A DNA stretch of 64,000 bases from Candidatus Latescibacterota bacterium (GTDB lineage: Bacteria > Latescibacterota > UBA2968), in the NCBI GenBank assembly GCA_965207885.1, contig OZ242311.1:4608001-4672000 (forward strand). Direction: 5' to 3'. The notes beneath the pieces are model-generated. The model was given only the letters and a program-made list of their open reading frames with translations, had not been told where the DNA came from and searched no databases. Positions 38,009-48,321 of this stretch are shown here, one piece after another (the stretch's first letter is position 1; every line of letters starts with the position of its first letter). Made by a program: the position numbers and the translations under genes.

Positions 38009-39487
38009 TCAGTCTCTTGAATATCCGGGGATATTGTAGAGCGGAACCGCCCATCCCGCATCCTGAATTAACAAATTTGCATCCACACTTTTGGGTTCAG
38101 CTATCGCGCCAAAGTCTTTCCATTGGTCGCCATCCAGGGGTTCGGTATAGTTTTCGTTTTGGAAAAAGCCTATTAGCTTTTCCCGCATTGTTTTTACCTC
38201 GGAAGCGTACAGGATATTGTACGCACAGTTGCGCGTTTCCTCTGAGTCTGTGCGGTGATCGAGCAAGTATTCCTTTTGGTCGCCGGCTGAATAGATGTAT
38301 TTCAAGTTGCCGTCATAGGCCATGTACATACCCCGTTGTCCGCGCTGGATCTGACCGTAAATCATTCGTTCGCGCCCATTGCCTACGAGATCGGCCATGT
38401 CCTTCCCGTCTAAATCTGCGTTGTGATGGGAAATATCTGCTGCGCCCAAAAATGTCGGGATCAGGTCCATCAATCCACACGGCGTTTCTTCTATAATACC
38501 GCGGGGAAAACGCTCGGGATAGCGCACCAGCATGGGGACTCGGGCCGCTGCATCGAGAAAGCTGCGCTTGCCGAAACAGTTGTAATCTCCCAGCAGTTCA
38601 CCGTGATCCGATGACCAGACAATGAGGGTATTGTCCAGTTCGCCCTGTTGTTCGAGTTCGTCAATGATCCGGCCCACGCTGTAGTCGATAAACGATATGC
38701 ACGCCCAGTAATACCCGCGCATGACCTGCAACATGCGATTGTCCAATCCCGCATCGCGGTATTTGTATCGATTCTGATGGCGGTTGAAATGCGTCCACAG
38801 GTCTTCCATGTTATCGGGGCGTTTGGGAAAGGGCATTAAGGAACCGCGATAGAGTTTGTTCCAGGGCGTTGGCGGTGAAAAGGGTGGATGTGGATGGATA
38901 AAACTCGACCACAGGAAGAACGGTTTGGAAGTGTCGCGGTTTTTCAGAAAGTCAATGCTGCGGTCCGCGACCCAGGCCGTTGGATGATGGCGTGCGGGAA
39001 GTTGAGAAATTTGCGGGATATAATACATTTCTCCTCTTGCACCCATAGGATCGTGTACATAGTCATAGCCGTGTGCATGCAAGTATTTTAGATAATCGTT
39101 TGTATCAATCGTTCCCGAGATTTCTTCCTGTACATCTCGCGCGTGAAATCCCCGCAGTCCTCCACGATCACCGGTAAAGTGCATTTTGCCCACTCCGTGA
39201 CAGAGGTACCCGCCCTGTGCGAGGAGATCCATCAGAGATGGGCGGTCTGTCGGTTGTCGAAATCCATTGTCAAAGCACCCATTTTTGTGCGGATATTGTC
39301 CGGTAATAAGGGATGCACGCGCCGATACACAAACGGGCGAGGGCGTGTATCCTTTGGTAAAATTCACTCCTTCATGACACAACCGATCCATCACTGGTGT
39401 GCGAATATGCGGATTGCCTGCCGCGTGAATGGTGTCCCAGCGTTGCTGGTCGGTAAATGCGAATAGAATATTGGGTTGTTTGGGCAT
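38009..39487 (-). CDS. Cys-type sulfatase (choline-sulfatase-like)
   Basis: PNILFAFTDQQR, SPVCVSARAS, GKMH, SDHG. Confidence 0.92.
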   Translation of the reverse strand: MPKQPNILFAFTDQQRWDTIHAAGNPHIRTPVMDRLCHEGVNFTKGYTPSPVCVSARASLITGQYPHKNGCFDNGFRQPTDRPSLMDLLAQGGYLCHGVGKMHFTGDRGGLRGFHARDVQEEISGTIDTNDYLKYLHAHGYDYVHDPMGARGEMYYIPQISQLPARHHPTAWVADRSIDFLKNRDTSKPFFLWSSFIHPHPPFSPPTPWNKLYRGSLMPFPKRPDNMEDLWTHFNRHQNRYKYRDAGLDNRMLQVMRGYYWACISFIDYSVGRIIDELEQQGELDNTLIVWSSDHGELLGDYNCFGKRSFLDAAARVPMLVRYPERFPRGIIEETPCGLMDLIPTFLGAADISHHNADLDGKDMADLVGNGRERMIYGQIQRGQRGMYMAYDGNLKYIYSAGDQKEYLLDHRTDSEETRNCAYNILYASEVKTMREKLIGFFQNENYTEPLDGDQWKDFGAIAEPKSVDANLLIQDAGWAVPLYNIPGYSRD

Positions 39488-39534
39488 TTTTCACTCCCTG
39501 GAGAATACTGACTTAACCCGCGTCAGCACATGTT

Positions 39535-40815
39535 TTAATAACTCGAAGCTTTCATGTAAAAACACAGCCAAAATCCCACCAAAACGGTTGTGGCAGATAG
39601 GGCAAACACGCCTTGAAGATGTACGAGGTCTGCGAGTACGCCTCCAAATATGGGATAGAGCGAACCAATGCCCAGCACAGTGTTGGTGATGCCGATATAG
39701 GTTGGGCGACGCTCTGCTGGCGCGATGTCCAAAAGATAACTTTTAAATCCGATAAAGATGCCCGTTGTCGTTCCGCCTATCAAAAGAAAAATCGGTGAAA
39801 AGCAAGCCGCGATTATCCACTCAGACGCATGTTGCAACAAACTCGCCTGGTTGCTCAAGATCAATGCCATACACGGAATTAAAGCTACGCCCAATACGGC
39901 GAACAAGACCACGCGGTGGTTTCCGTAATTGAGCGAGAGTCTTCCCCATATTATATTAAAAATAGCCGCGCCTATGGTTTGTATGGCCAAAAAAAAGCCG
40001 ACGGTACTTTCCGAGATGTAAAATGCCTCTCGGGCGAGCACTACGTAAAAAGGAAGTGAGAATCCGATGCCCGATGCCAGCATTTGGACCAGGAGGAACC
40101 GTCCAAAGTTGCGGTCTCGGCGCAGTAATTGCGGAATACCGCGAATCACCTGAATGGCATTTCGGTGGGTTGTACCCATCTCGCCTTCTGGTTCTCGAAC
40201 CAGACAGAAACACCCGATGCCCAGACTCATCATTCCGGCACCCATTGCGAAGATCATGACGTAATTTATCGGAAAGTCATAACCGCTATCTAAGTCGAGA
40301 AAATACCTGACCAATATGCCCGCGAGAATGCTCAATACGCCGCCGAGAAATGAACGGGATGCGTAAAATAATCCCGTGTGTGACCTCGGTAGGGATCTTC
40401 CCACAATATCTGTATAGGCATTGCCCGCGGGGCCGCCAAAAAGAGAAGCAATGCCGTATAGGATGAGAAAGCTGCTCAATACCAGACTGGGCCGTTCGAG
40501 TCCGTACCACGCGAGGAGTGGCACAATTGTCCAGATCAGCGACATGCGAATGAGGTTGGCTTGCCTGTACACAGGTAGCCGACGCGCACGCCGCTCCAGA
40601 TATCCCGCCACGAGCAATTGGGGCAAATGCCAACCTGCGCGGTGTAGAGAAGCGGCCAGGCCGACCAGCGTATCTGAGGTTGTAAAATGCCGAATAAAAA
40701 CGGGTAAGACTGTGGTGGGGTCTAAAAATGCCGTGCCAAATGCGAAGATGCCGCCATTTAATGTTCCCACAATAAAGTTGAACCGCGTATTGCCCTTTTC
40801 GGGTAAGAATCCCAA
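39535..40815 (-). CDS. MFS transporter
   Basis: About 12 hydrophobic segments; DIAPAERRPTYIG. Confidence 0.85.
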   Translation of the reverse strand: MGFLPEKGNTRFNFIVGTLNGGIFAFGTAFLDPTTVLPVFIRHFTTSDTLVGLAASLHRAGWHLPQLLVAGYLERRARRLPVYRQANLIRMSLIWTIVPLLAWYGLERPSLVLSSFLILYGIASLFGGPAGNAYTDIVGRSLPRSHTGLFYASRSFLGGVLSILAGILVRYFLDLDSGYDFPINYVMIFAMGAGMMSLGIGCFCLVREPEGEMGTTHRNAIQVIRGIPQLLRRDRNFGRFLLVQMLASGIGFSLPFYVVLAREAFYISESTVGFFLAIQTIGAAIFNIIWGRLSLNYGNHRVVLFAVLGVALIPCMALILSNQASLLQHASEWIIAACFSPIFLLIGGTTTGIFIGFKSYLLDIAPAERRPTYIGITNTVLGIGSLYPIFGGVLADLVHLQGVFALSATTVLVGFWLCFYMKASSY

Positions 40816-40945
40816 GGAATTGTCCCCACACCCAGTGAATTGCTAAGAAGTTATACGCTGTTCCACAATATAAAGCTTCTTGACAATCGGAAAACTCATT
40901 TCTATATCTTGGTTACAGATCACAATTCAGTGTAAGGAGAATTCT

Positions 40946-41416
40946 ATGTCCAAAATTATCTATCTCGCCAGTCCCTACGGCTTTTCGTCTCAACAGAAAC
41001 AGAAACTTTTGCCCGAGTTTGTTCAGGTGCTCGAGTCTCTCGGCGCAGAAGTGTGGGAACCGTTTGGACGCAATAATCAGATTGATAAAGCACAGCCTGG
41101 ATGGGCGTATCAAATCGGGCAGGCAGATGTGCGCGATGTCAAAGAATCAGACGCGATATTTGCCATTGTCAATGGTACGCCGCCCGATGAAGGTGTGATG
41201 GTTGAGCTTGGGATTGCCATTGCCCTGGAGAAAAAGACCTTTCTCTTTCGAGACGATTTTCGCCGTTGTACCGATTCAGAAGACTATGCGCTTAACCTTA
41301 TGCTCTTTACTGGTTTGCCAGAACACGGCTGGGAAGATTATTATTACACCTCTTTGGATGAAGTTGCCGATCCGGATAAGGCTCTGGTGCGCTGGCTAAA
41401 TGGAGCGGTAGATTGA
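40946..41416 (+). CDS. Nucleoside 2-deoxyribosyltransferase family protein
   Basis: IYLASPYGF, PDEGVMVELGIAIAL, NLML. Confidence 0.9.
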   Translation: MSKIIYLASPYGFSSQQKQKLLPEFVQVLESLGAEVWEPFGRNNQIDKAQPGWAYQIGQADVRDVKESDAIFAIVNGTPPDEGVMVELGIAIALEKKTFLFRDDFRRCTDSEDYALNLMLFTGLPEHGWEDYYYTSLDEVADPDKALVRWLNGAVD

Positions 41417-41433
41417 CGATGTGATGTGTTCCA

Positions 41434-41468
41434 AAAAAAGGGGCAACCGGAAAAGGTCGCCCCTTTTT
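41434..41468. terminator. Bidirectional terminator
   Basis: AAAAAGGGGCAACC-GGAAAA-GGTCGCCCCTTTTT between convergent genes. Confidence 0.8.
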
Positions 41469-41487
41469 ACTGTCTATTTGCTGTGCG

Positions 41488-42849
41488 TTATCGCGCAGCC
41501 TCTATGGCCTCAGCTTTCATCTTTTCTCTCTCCACATCGTCCTGCCATCGCGCTTGAATATCTTCGCGCAAACGCCAGAGTGGATCAAAATAAAAGAAAA
41601 ATGTATCGGGTTTTACTACGGGACTGATATAGACGGCGATTCCGGTTTCCCTGTTGTAGTATTCATAGGAGTGCGCGTCTCGTTTTCCGCCACCGCCCAA
41701 TGTATCTACAATAAATGTGGGCATGTTAAACCCGGATGTGGTGCCGCGTATGGCTTTTTCAATGGCGAGGCCGTCGTCGAGCGTTGTACGCAGGTCTTCA
41801 ACGCCGCGCACGAGGTCGTGGAAATACACATAATAGGGTTGTACGTTTAAGTAGCTCAACCTCTTGACCAGGAGTCTCATCGTCTCGGCGCTGCTATTCA
41901 CGCCGCTTTGAAGTACTGCCTGGTTGCGTATTGTTATTCCGCGCGACTGTAGCCGATTAAGCCCGTCCTGGGTAATGCCGGTGATTTCGGCGGGGTGATT
42001 AAAATGGGTGTGCAAGACGACTTCTTTGTGCATTTTGCGCCCGCGATCCACCACGCGTGTCAGCGCATCTACCCAGGCATCATCTGTGACGAGTTTTTGC
42101 GGCATGACCGCCGGGCCTTTGGTCGCAAAGCGAAATCGCCGTATGTGGTCAATATTCAGCAGGCGGTTGCCCAATTCTTCGAGTTGATCGGCTTTGAGTT
42201 GATACATGTCGCCGCCGCTGACTACGACATCTTCGACTTCGGGACGCGATTGAATATACCCAATCGCATTGTCCCATCGCTCGCGATTGACCCGCAGACT
42301 TACTTTTTCCACATCTTCTGTATCCAGTCCCACAGCATAGCTGCGGGTGCAAAATCGGCAATAGACGGGACAGGTGTCCAATACGAGGAATAATACGCGG
42401 TCTGGATAGCGATGTGTCAATCCCTCAACGGGGGCATCTCCCAATTCATTGAGCGAATCGAGGTGCAATTCGGGGTGATCGCACTCTTGCTCGCATCTGA
42501 GAGACAAAAATTGTTTGCGAATCGGATCGCGATACGGGTCATCCCAATTGATCAAGCTCAATATATACGGCGAGATTCGCACACTCATGGGCGCGTGTTG
42601 CAAGCCCGCTGCGACTTCTTGATAAAAGTCATTGGGTACTCGATTTTCAAGTACTCGCATCAATTTGCCCACGCTGGTTATTGAATGGCGCATCTGAAAG
42701 ATGTGCGAGTGAAAGGTGCGCGCGTCTATGTCTGTAAAAGCGGGGATGTGTCGCCAGAATTCGTCCCGACGCAACTCGCGATGCGCGAGATCCTCGGGGC
42801 CGAAGGGCGGTTTTGTGCGAGGGGCATATACTTCTTCAATAACGTCCAT
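41488..42849 (-). CDS. kamA: KamA family radical SAM/PLP enzyme (lysine 2,3-aminomutase-like)
   Basis: GLTHRYPDRVL..CPVYCRFCTR; SGGD; HFNHP; GGGGK (PLP lysine). Confidence 0.85.
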   Translation of the reverse strand: MDVIEEVYAPRTKPPFGPEDLAHRELRRDEFWRHIPAFTDIDARTFHSHIFQMRHSITSVGKLMRVLENRVPNDFYQEVAAGLQHAPMSVRISPYILSLINWDDPYRDPIRKQFLSLRCEQECDHPELHLDSLNELGDAPVEGLTHRYPDRVLFLVLDTCPVYCRFCTRSYAVGLDTEDVEKVSLRVNRERWDNAIGYIQSRPEVEDVVVSGGDMYQLKADQLEELGNRLLNIDHIRRFRFATKGPAVMPQKLVTDDAWVDALTRVVDRGRKMHKEVVLHTHFNHPAEITGITQDGLNRLQSRGITIRNQAVLQSGVNSSAETMRLLVKRLSYLNVQPYYVYFHDLVRGVEDLRTTLDDGLAIEKAIRGTTSGFNMPTFIVDTLGGGGKRDAHSYEYYNRETGIAVYISPVVKPDTFFFYFDPLWRLREDIQARWQDDVEREKMKAEAIEAAR

Positions 42850-42905
42850 CTTTCTGCCTTTTTAGTGAGATGCAAGGTGTGGTTATGCCTGTGTGCAAAC
42901 TACCT

Positions 42906-42934
42906 ATAATACATCCGCTATGTATATCTGTCAA
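42906..42934 (-). promoter_or_regulatory. Sigma70 promoter of kamA
   Basis: TTGACA-17 nt-TATTAT. Confidence 0.65.
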
Positions 42935-43022
42935 GTCTGGGCGCGGACAAAAACCTTGTCCGACCCGTTTGTTTATTTTACTTTAAAAACGCTATTGCCA
43001 TCATTCTGAACGGAATTTTTTT

Positions 43023-45764
43023 ATGTCAAAACGCGCGTTTGTTATCCTCATTTTGGGTTTTGCCGTTTTTGCAGCTTTTGTTGGGCTGAGGCTGCTCTCG
43101 GTGATTTATACCGATTATCTCTGGTTTTCATCACTCGGTTTTCACGACGTATTTATCACCATTATACGCACCAAAACCCTCGCCTTTTTCGCATTTGGTA
43201 GTGTTTTTGCACTGATCTGCGGTATCAGTATTGTCGCTGCTCGGCGCTATGGACAGCCCACCCGCATCATGGCGCTTGAGGTTATTATCGATGGCGATGT
43301 TCCCATACCGCCTGATCACTCTCTCCGACAGCGTTACGCCTGGATCGGCATTGTCGCGCTGTTGTCCTTTTTTATGGGTGTTGCAGGCACTTCGGCCTGG
43401 TCAGTGGTTCTAAAATACATCAATCCCACCTCTTTTGATCTGGCTGATCCCATATTTGGTCACGACATAGCATTTTATGTTTTCAGCCTGCCGCTGTACA
43501 ATTTTCTGCAGGGTTGGTTCATTTCTGCAATTATTGTGACGGGGATTGCCTCGATTGTTTCCTATCATCAGGATAGAGCGGTTCGATACGATGACAAGCG
43601 CTGGATTACGACCCCACAGGTGCGAGCACATGTCTCGATTCTCGCTGCCATTCTCGCTCTTTTACTCGCGTGGGGATATTGGCTAAAAAAATACGAGTTG
43701 CTCTATTCTTTTCGCAAAGATGCTTTTTTTGGCGCGGGTTATACAGATCTCAATATCCAGATCTGGGCTTACTATCTGATGCTTTTTGGGCTGGTTGTTC
43801 TCGCGGGGTTGCTCTTTTACAATGTGCGCGTTCGCACATGGAAGATTCCCGGATTTGGCGCGGCGGGCTATCTCGGTGCGATCATTGTCGTGAGTTGGTG
43901 CATCCCTATTATTTTTGAATTGGTGGTTGTGCGACCCAATGAATTTGACAGAGAAAAGCCCTATATTCAACATGCCATCAATTACACGCGCAAAGCATAT
44001 CGTCTGGACAAGATCAAGGAGGTGCCTTTTCCCGGCGAATCTGATCTGACTGCGGACGATATTGCAAATAATCAGGCTACCATACAAAGTATTCCGCTGT
44101 GGGATCGCCGTCCGCTTATGGACACGTATTCTCAGATCCAGGAAATTCGGTCCTATTACAAATTTCGAAGTGTCGATGTGGATCGCTATCGCATTGACGG
44201 CACGTATCGACAAGTGATGCTGGCCGCACGCGAACTGGCGAGAAATCCGCGCGATTTACCAGGGGATACATGGGTCAATCGGCATCTTGTGTACACGCAT
44301 GGATACGGTCTGGTCATGAGTCCGGCCAATGAGATTGCCGCCGAAGGGCTGCCGGGTTTTCTGCTGAAGGATATTCCACCGGTTACATCGAATGGCATAG
44401 AGGTCGTTCGCCCCGAACTCTACTACGGGGAAGACATGCGCGATTACATCATCGTTCGGACCAATACACCCGAATTTGACTATCCCAAAGGCGATGAGAA
44501 TATATATACGAATTATCAGGGGCGCGGTGGCGTGCTGTTGGATGGATTTTTGAAGCGCCTTTTATTTTCCATTCGCTTTGTCGATCCATTTATTCTTTTT
44601 ACCGATGCGATAACGCCCCAAAGTCGCATTGTGTTTGACCGGCATATCGGCACCCGCTTTGGAGAAGATGCGCCGCGGCGGTTTGATAAAATTGCTCCGT
44701 TTCTCCGTTTTGACAACGATCCCTATCTCGCCGTGGTTGAAGGCCGCCTGCTCTGGATACAGGATGCTTATACTATATCCAATATGTTTCCCTATTCGAT
44801 GCCTTATGGGCGGCCCTATGTGCGAGAAATGAATTATATTCGCAATTCTGTCAAAGTGGTGCTCGACGCGTACAATGGGAGTGTCACTTTCTATGCCTGG
44901 GATACGAGTGACCCCCTCCTCAAGACCTATATGGCGATTTTCCCGCATCTGTTCAAGTCGGCTGATGAAATCGGTCCCGCACTTCGCGCACACCTGCGGT
45001 ATCCGATAGATCTATTTGATATTCAGGCGGCGCTTTACAATACCTATCACATGACCACTCCGATTGTGTTCTACAACCGCGAAGATGTGTGGGAGATTCC
45101 CACAGAATACTACGGGACAGTTGATCGCCCTATTCGCATGCATCCGTATTATGTGATGGCGCGTTTGCCGGGTGAAGACCGCGAAGAATATATTCTCATG
45201 TTGCCGGCTACGCCTTCCAACAAACCCAATATGATCGGCTGGATATTTGCGCGTTGTGACGGAGAAAATTACGGACGACTCGTGGTCTATAAATTACCGA
45301 AGGAAAAGCTTATTTACGGACCGATGCTTATTGAACAACGCATCAATCAGGATACCGATATTTCCCGAGAAATTACTCTGTGGGACCAGCGCGGGTCAGA
45401 TGTCATACGCGGCAATTTGCTGGTTATTCCCATCCGCAATTCGTTCATTTATGTCGAGCCGCTTTATTTGCGCGCATCCCAACACGGCATGCCAGAGCTC
45501 AAGCGCGTGCTCGCCGTTCACGGTGACCGCCTCGCTATGGGCGAAGATCTCAACGATGCTCTCAACAGAGTTTTTTCCATAACAAAGGGCGTGCCAGTTC
45601 GGGATACGGAAGATTTGCCAGAAGACCTCAAAATACTCGCCCGGCAGGCCTATCAGCAATTTGAAACGGCGCAAAAGCACTTGCAAGCGGGCGCGTTTTC
45701 TGATTATGGCCAAAGCGTTGAGGCACTGCGCCAAACTCTTCGGCGCATGAATGAAAATGAATAA
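43023..45764 (+). CDS. UPF0182 family membrane protein
   Basis: YTDYLWF, DPIFGHDIAFYVFSLP, HLVYTHGYG, NYIRNSVK, GNLLVIP, YVEPLY. Confidence 0.95.
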   Translation: MSKRAFVILILGFAVFAAFVGLRLLSVIYTDYLWFSSLGFHDVFITIIRTKTLAFFAFGSVFALICGISIVAARRYGQPTRIMALEVIIDGDVPIPPDHSLRQRYAWIGIVALLSFFMGVAGTSAWSVVLKYINPTSFDLADPIFGHDIAFYVFSLPLYNFLQGWFISAIIVTGIASIVSYHQDRAVRYDDKRWITTPQVRAHVSILAAILALLLAWGYWLKKYELLYSFRKDAFFGAGYTDLNIQIWAYYLMLFGLVVLAGLLFYNVRVRTWKIPGFGAAGYLGAIIVVSWCIPIIFELVVVRPNEFDREKPYIQHAINYTRKAYRLDKIKEVPFPGESDLTADDIANNQATIQSIPLWDRRPLMDTYSQIQEIRSYYKFRSVDVDRYRIDGTYRQVMLAARELARNPRDLPGDTWVNRHLVYTHGYGLVMSPANEIAAEGLPGFLLKDIPPVTSNGIEVVRPELYYGEDMRDYIIVRTNTPEFDYPKGDENIYTNYQGRGGVLLDGFLKRLLFSIRFVDPFILFTDAITPQSRIVFDRHIGTRFGEDAPRRFDKIAPFLRFDNDPYLAVVEGRLLWIQDAYTISNMFPYSMPYGRPYVREMNYIRNSVKVVLDAYNGSVTFYAWDTSDPLLKTYMAIFPHLFKSADEIGPALRAHLRYPIDLFDIQAALYNTYHMTTPIVFYNREDVWEIPTEYYGTVDRPIRMHPYYVMARLPGEDREEYILMLPATPSNKPNMIGWIFARCDGENYGRLVVYKLPKEKLIYGPMLIEQRINQDTDISREITLWDQRGSDVIRGNLLVIPIRNSFIYVEPLYLRASQHGMPELKRVLAVHGDRLAMGEDLNDALNRVFSITKGVPVRDTEDLPEDLKILARQAYQQFETAQKHLQAGAFSDYGQSVEALRQTLRRMNENE

Positions 45765-46665
45765 ACAGGTTTCAAAGTGGGCTGGATTGCTCACTGAACA
45801 GCGCAATTCCAATAGCACCCATATTGACCGGTGTTCGACAGTGGATGCACTGCGCCTTATCAATACCGAAGATCAAAAAGTAGCGCGTACTGTTGAAGGT
45901 GTGATAGATGATGTTGCCAGAGCTGTCGATCTCGTGGTGTCGGCGTTTCAAAAGGGCGGTCGTCTCTTTTATGTTGGCGCGGGAACCAGCGGTCGTCTCG
46001 GCGTTCTCGATGCGTCTGAATGCCCGCCGACCTACGGCGTGTCACCCGATCTCGTTCAGGGGGTTATCGCGGGCGGTATTCCCGCTTTGACGCGTTCACA
46101 AGAAGGCGCAGAAGACCACCCTGAAGACGGAAAAGCCGCGCTCAAAGATCGCGGTTGTACATCCGATGATGTTGTTATGGGCATTGCGGCGAGTGGGGTG
46201 ACGCCTTTTGTGCTCGGTGCGCTCGAATACGCGCGATGTATTGGCGCAAAGACTTTGTTTTTTACATGCAATCCAGATGTCGTAGAAAAGGCGCGCGCAG
46301 ATGTCGCGATTGTTCCTGTGGTGGGGCCAGAGGTCGTTACCGGTTCGACGCGCATGAAAGCGGGCACGGCAACCAAACTCGTGCTCAATATGATTACTAC
46401 AACGGCTATGATCCGCCTGGGTAAAGTCTATGAAAATCTGATGGTTGACCTCGCGCTGACCTGCGAAAAACTCATAGATCGCGCCGAACGCATTTTGGAG
46501 ATCGTATCTGATCTGACTCCTGAAGAAAGTCGCCGGGCACTCGACAATGCACAGGGAGATCTCAAAACGGCGATTGTCATGACAAAACGGGCTGTCTCTA
46601 TAGAAACAGCCCGTGAATTACTGCGGCAAAACGATGGTGTTATCAACAAGGTTCTGGTGGATTAA
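45751..46665 (+). CDS. murQ: N-acetylmuramic acid 6-phosphate etherase
   Basis: GAGTSGRLGVLDASECPPTYG, GSTRMKAGTATK. Confidence 0.97.
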   Translation: MKMNKQVSKWAGLLTEQRNSNSTHIDRCSTVDALRLINTEDQKVARTVEGVIDDVARAVDLVVSAFQKGGRLFYVGAGTSGRLGVLDASECPPTYGVSPDLVQGVIAGGIPALTRSQEGAEDHPEDGKAALKDRGCTSDDVVMGIAASGVTPFVLGALEYARCIGAKTLFFTCNPDVVEKARADVAIVPVVGPEVVTGSTRMKAGTATKLVLNMITTTAMIRLGKVYENLMVDLALTCEKLIDRAERILEIVSDLTPEESRRALDNAQGDLKTAIVMTKRAVSIETARELLRQNDGVINKVLVD

Positions 46666-48191
46666 GTCCTGTTGTGTTCTCCTTGATAGAAGGTTTTTAC
46701 CAGACCGTTGAGAAAGTCTTTGGGCTGGCGCACGGCTTCTGCGGTAATGACGTAAGATTGGTGTCCCAATAGCTTTAGCCCGTGCCCGTAATCATCGAAC
46801 AAATCCGGGCACACTTCGTCAATTGTTCGATTTTCTTTTGCGGCTTTTTCGGCAAGTGCGCCCAGTGCCTCATCGTCAAAGGTGAGCGCGATACCATAGG
46901 CGTCCTGGAATCGCTTGACAAACGCGCTCGTGCCTCGCAAGATCAGCAACTGCTGAAGCGCGAGTTCGGGGTCTTCAATTACATTTTTCGTGACGTGAAA
47001 CGAATCGATTTCTGTCGATGGCAATGATTTTTCAAATTTTAGCAACGCGCGTTCACATACGCTGACCAGACTTCGCGCGCCGGTTTGTTCCAGGGCGGCT
47101 TGTTCGGCCAATAGCCTGAGCGCGTCGTCGTCAAAAGTCAGATCAATGCCGTAGGCTTTGAAGTCGCGTTTTTTGCCCAGAATTACCGAACTGGTCTGGC
47201 TCCGCAAAATCGCGTAGAGATCGTCCACGCTCAAGGGTGTTAAAACTGCTGTTACGGGCAATCGCCCCACAAACTCAGACTCAAAACCGTATTCGATCAT
47301 GTCTTCTGTTTTGGCGTGCTGCAAAAGTTCTGTGTGGTCCTGTTCGTGAGACATGTCGCGCCCGGATTGGAACCCGACTTTGCCCAGATTGAGACGTTTT
47401 CGCACGATGTCATCGAGGCCGCTAAATGCACCGCTTACGATAAACAGGATGTTGCGCGTGTTAATTTTTTGACGCTCTACTTTGCCACTGCGCTGAAATT
47501 GCATCATGGATTCCATCTGCGATGTGAGGTCGTGTGGTGCTTTGAGATCGACATCGGTTTCTTCCATGAGCTTGAGCAAGTTGCGCTGAACGCCCGTGCG
47601 CGATACGTCTGGGCCGACCAGATTTGAGGCCGATGCGATTTTGTCTATTTCGTCGATGTACACGATGCCGTATTGCGCCATTTCAATGCTGCCATTGGCT
47701 TCGCGCACGAGTTCTCGAATCAGGTCTTCGACATCGCCGCCCACATATCCCGTTTCGCTGAATTTTGTCGCATCGCCCTTGACGAATGGAACGCCAATGC
47801 GTTGTGCAATCAACTTAATCAAATACGTTTTGCCCACGCCCGTAGGCCCAATCAGGAGGATATTGTTTTTGATGTGTCCCACATTTTTGCGCGAAAAATC
47901 CGGGTCTTCGCGGTCGAGTTTCATGCGATTGTAGTGTGTACATATCTTGGTGGCCAATACTTCTTTTGCTTCGGATTGCTGTACCACATATTTGTTTAGA
48001 TAAGCCTCCAATTCTTCGGGCTTGAGGTCAAAATCTATGGTTTGTTCTGCGGGTTCTTCCACGCGGGGACCTTCCTGTATCCCATCGGCTTCTCCCTGCG
48101 GAAAGACTACCTGATTCCCGTATTTTTCTTCGAGGAAGTTTTTGAGATCTTTTTGCAATTCTGCAGGAGAAAAAGGTCTTTTTTCAGACAT
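46662..48191 (-). CDS. ClpX-like AAA+ ATPase lacking the Zn-binding domain, with duplicated C-terminal small domain
   Basis: GPTGVGKT, SETGYVGGDVE, IDEIDKI, GVQRNLLKLMEE, VGF loop, GAR. Confidence 0.85.
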   Translation of the reverse strand: MSEKRPFSPAELQKDLKNFLEEKYGNQVVFPQGEADGIQEGPRVEEPAEQTIDFDLKPEELEAYLNKYVVQQSEAKEVLATKICTHYNRMKLDREDPDFSRKNVGHIKNNILLIGPTGVGKTYLIKLIAQRIGVPFVKGDATKFSETGYVGGDVEDLIRELVREANGSIEMAQYGIVYIDEIDKIASASNLVGPDVSRTGVQRNLLKLMEETDVDLKAPHDLTSQMESMMQFQRSGKVERQKINTRNILFIVSGAFSGLDDIVRKRLNLGKVGFQSGRDMSHEQDHTELLQHAKTEDMIEYGFESEFVGRLPVTAVLTPLSVDDLYAILRSQTSSVILGKKRDFKAYGIDLTFDDDALRLLAEQAALEQTGARSLVSVCERALLKFEKSLPSTEIDSFHVTKNVIEDPELALQQLLILRGTSAFVKRFQDAYGIALTFDDEALGALAEKAAKENRTIDEVCPDLFDDYGHGLKLLGHQSYVITAEAVRQPKDFLNGLVKTFYQGEHNRT

Positions 48192-48273
48192 AAAAAAAGC
48201 TCCAGAGTCAAGGGGCTGGGGACTGGGGATGAGCTCTCAGTCCATCCAGAGTAGTAATACTGAAAGTTCCTAA

Positions 48274-48302
48274 ACAATACCAATACTGCTTCTGACTGTC
48301 AA
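48274..48302 (-). promoter_or_regulatory. Sigma70 promoter of the clpX-like gene
   Basis: TTGACA-17 nt-TATTGT. Confidence 0.6.
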
Positions 48303-48321
48303 GTTATCATGAGACACAGTT

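Noticed and set aside
37924-38496. 190-aa plus-strand ORF
   Set aside because: Antisense to the sulfatase, begins inside a terminator, and has no recognisable features.
48198-48252. GGGGCTGGGGACTGGGGA short repeats in the clpX-like leader (G-quadruplex or repeat remnant)
   Set aside because: Only three G-runs, with weak complementarity; too short to support a call.
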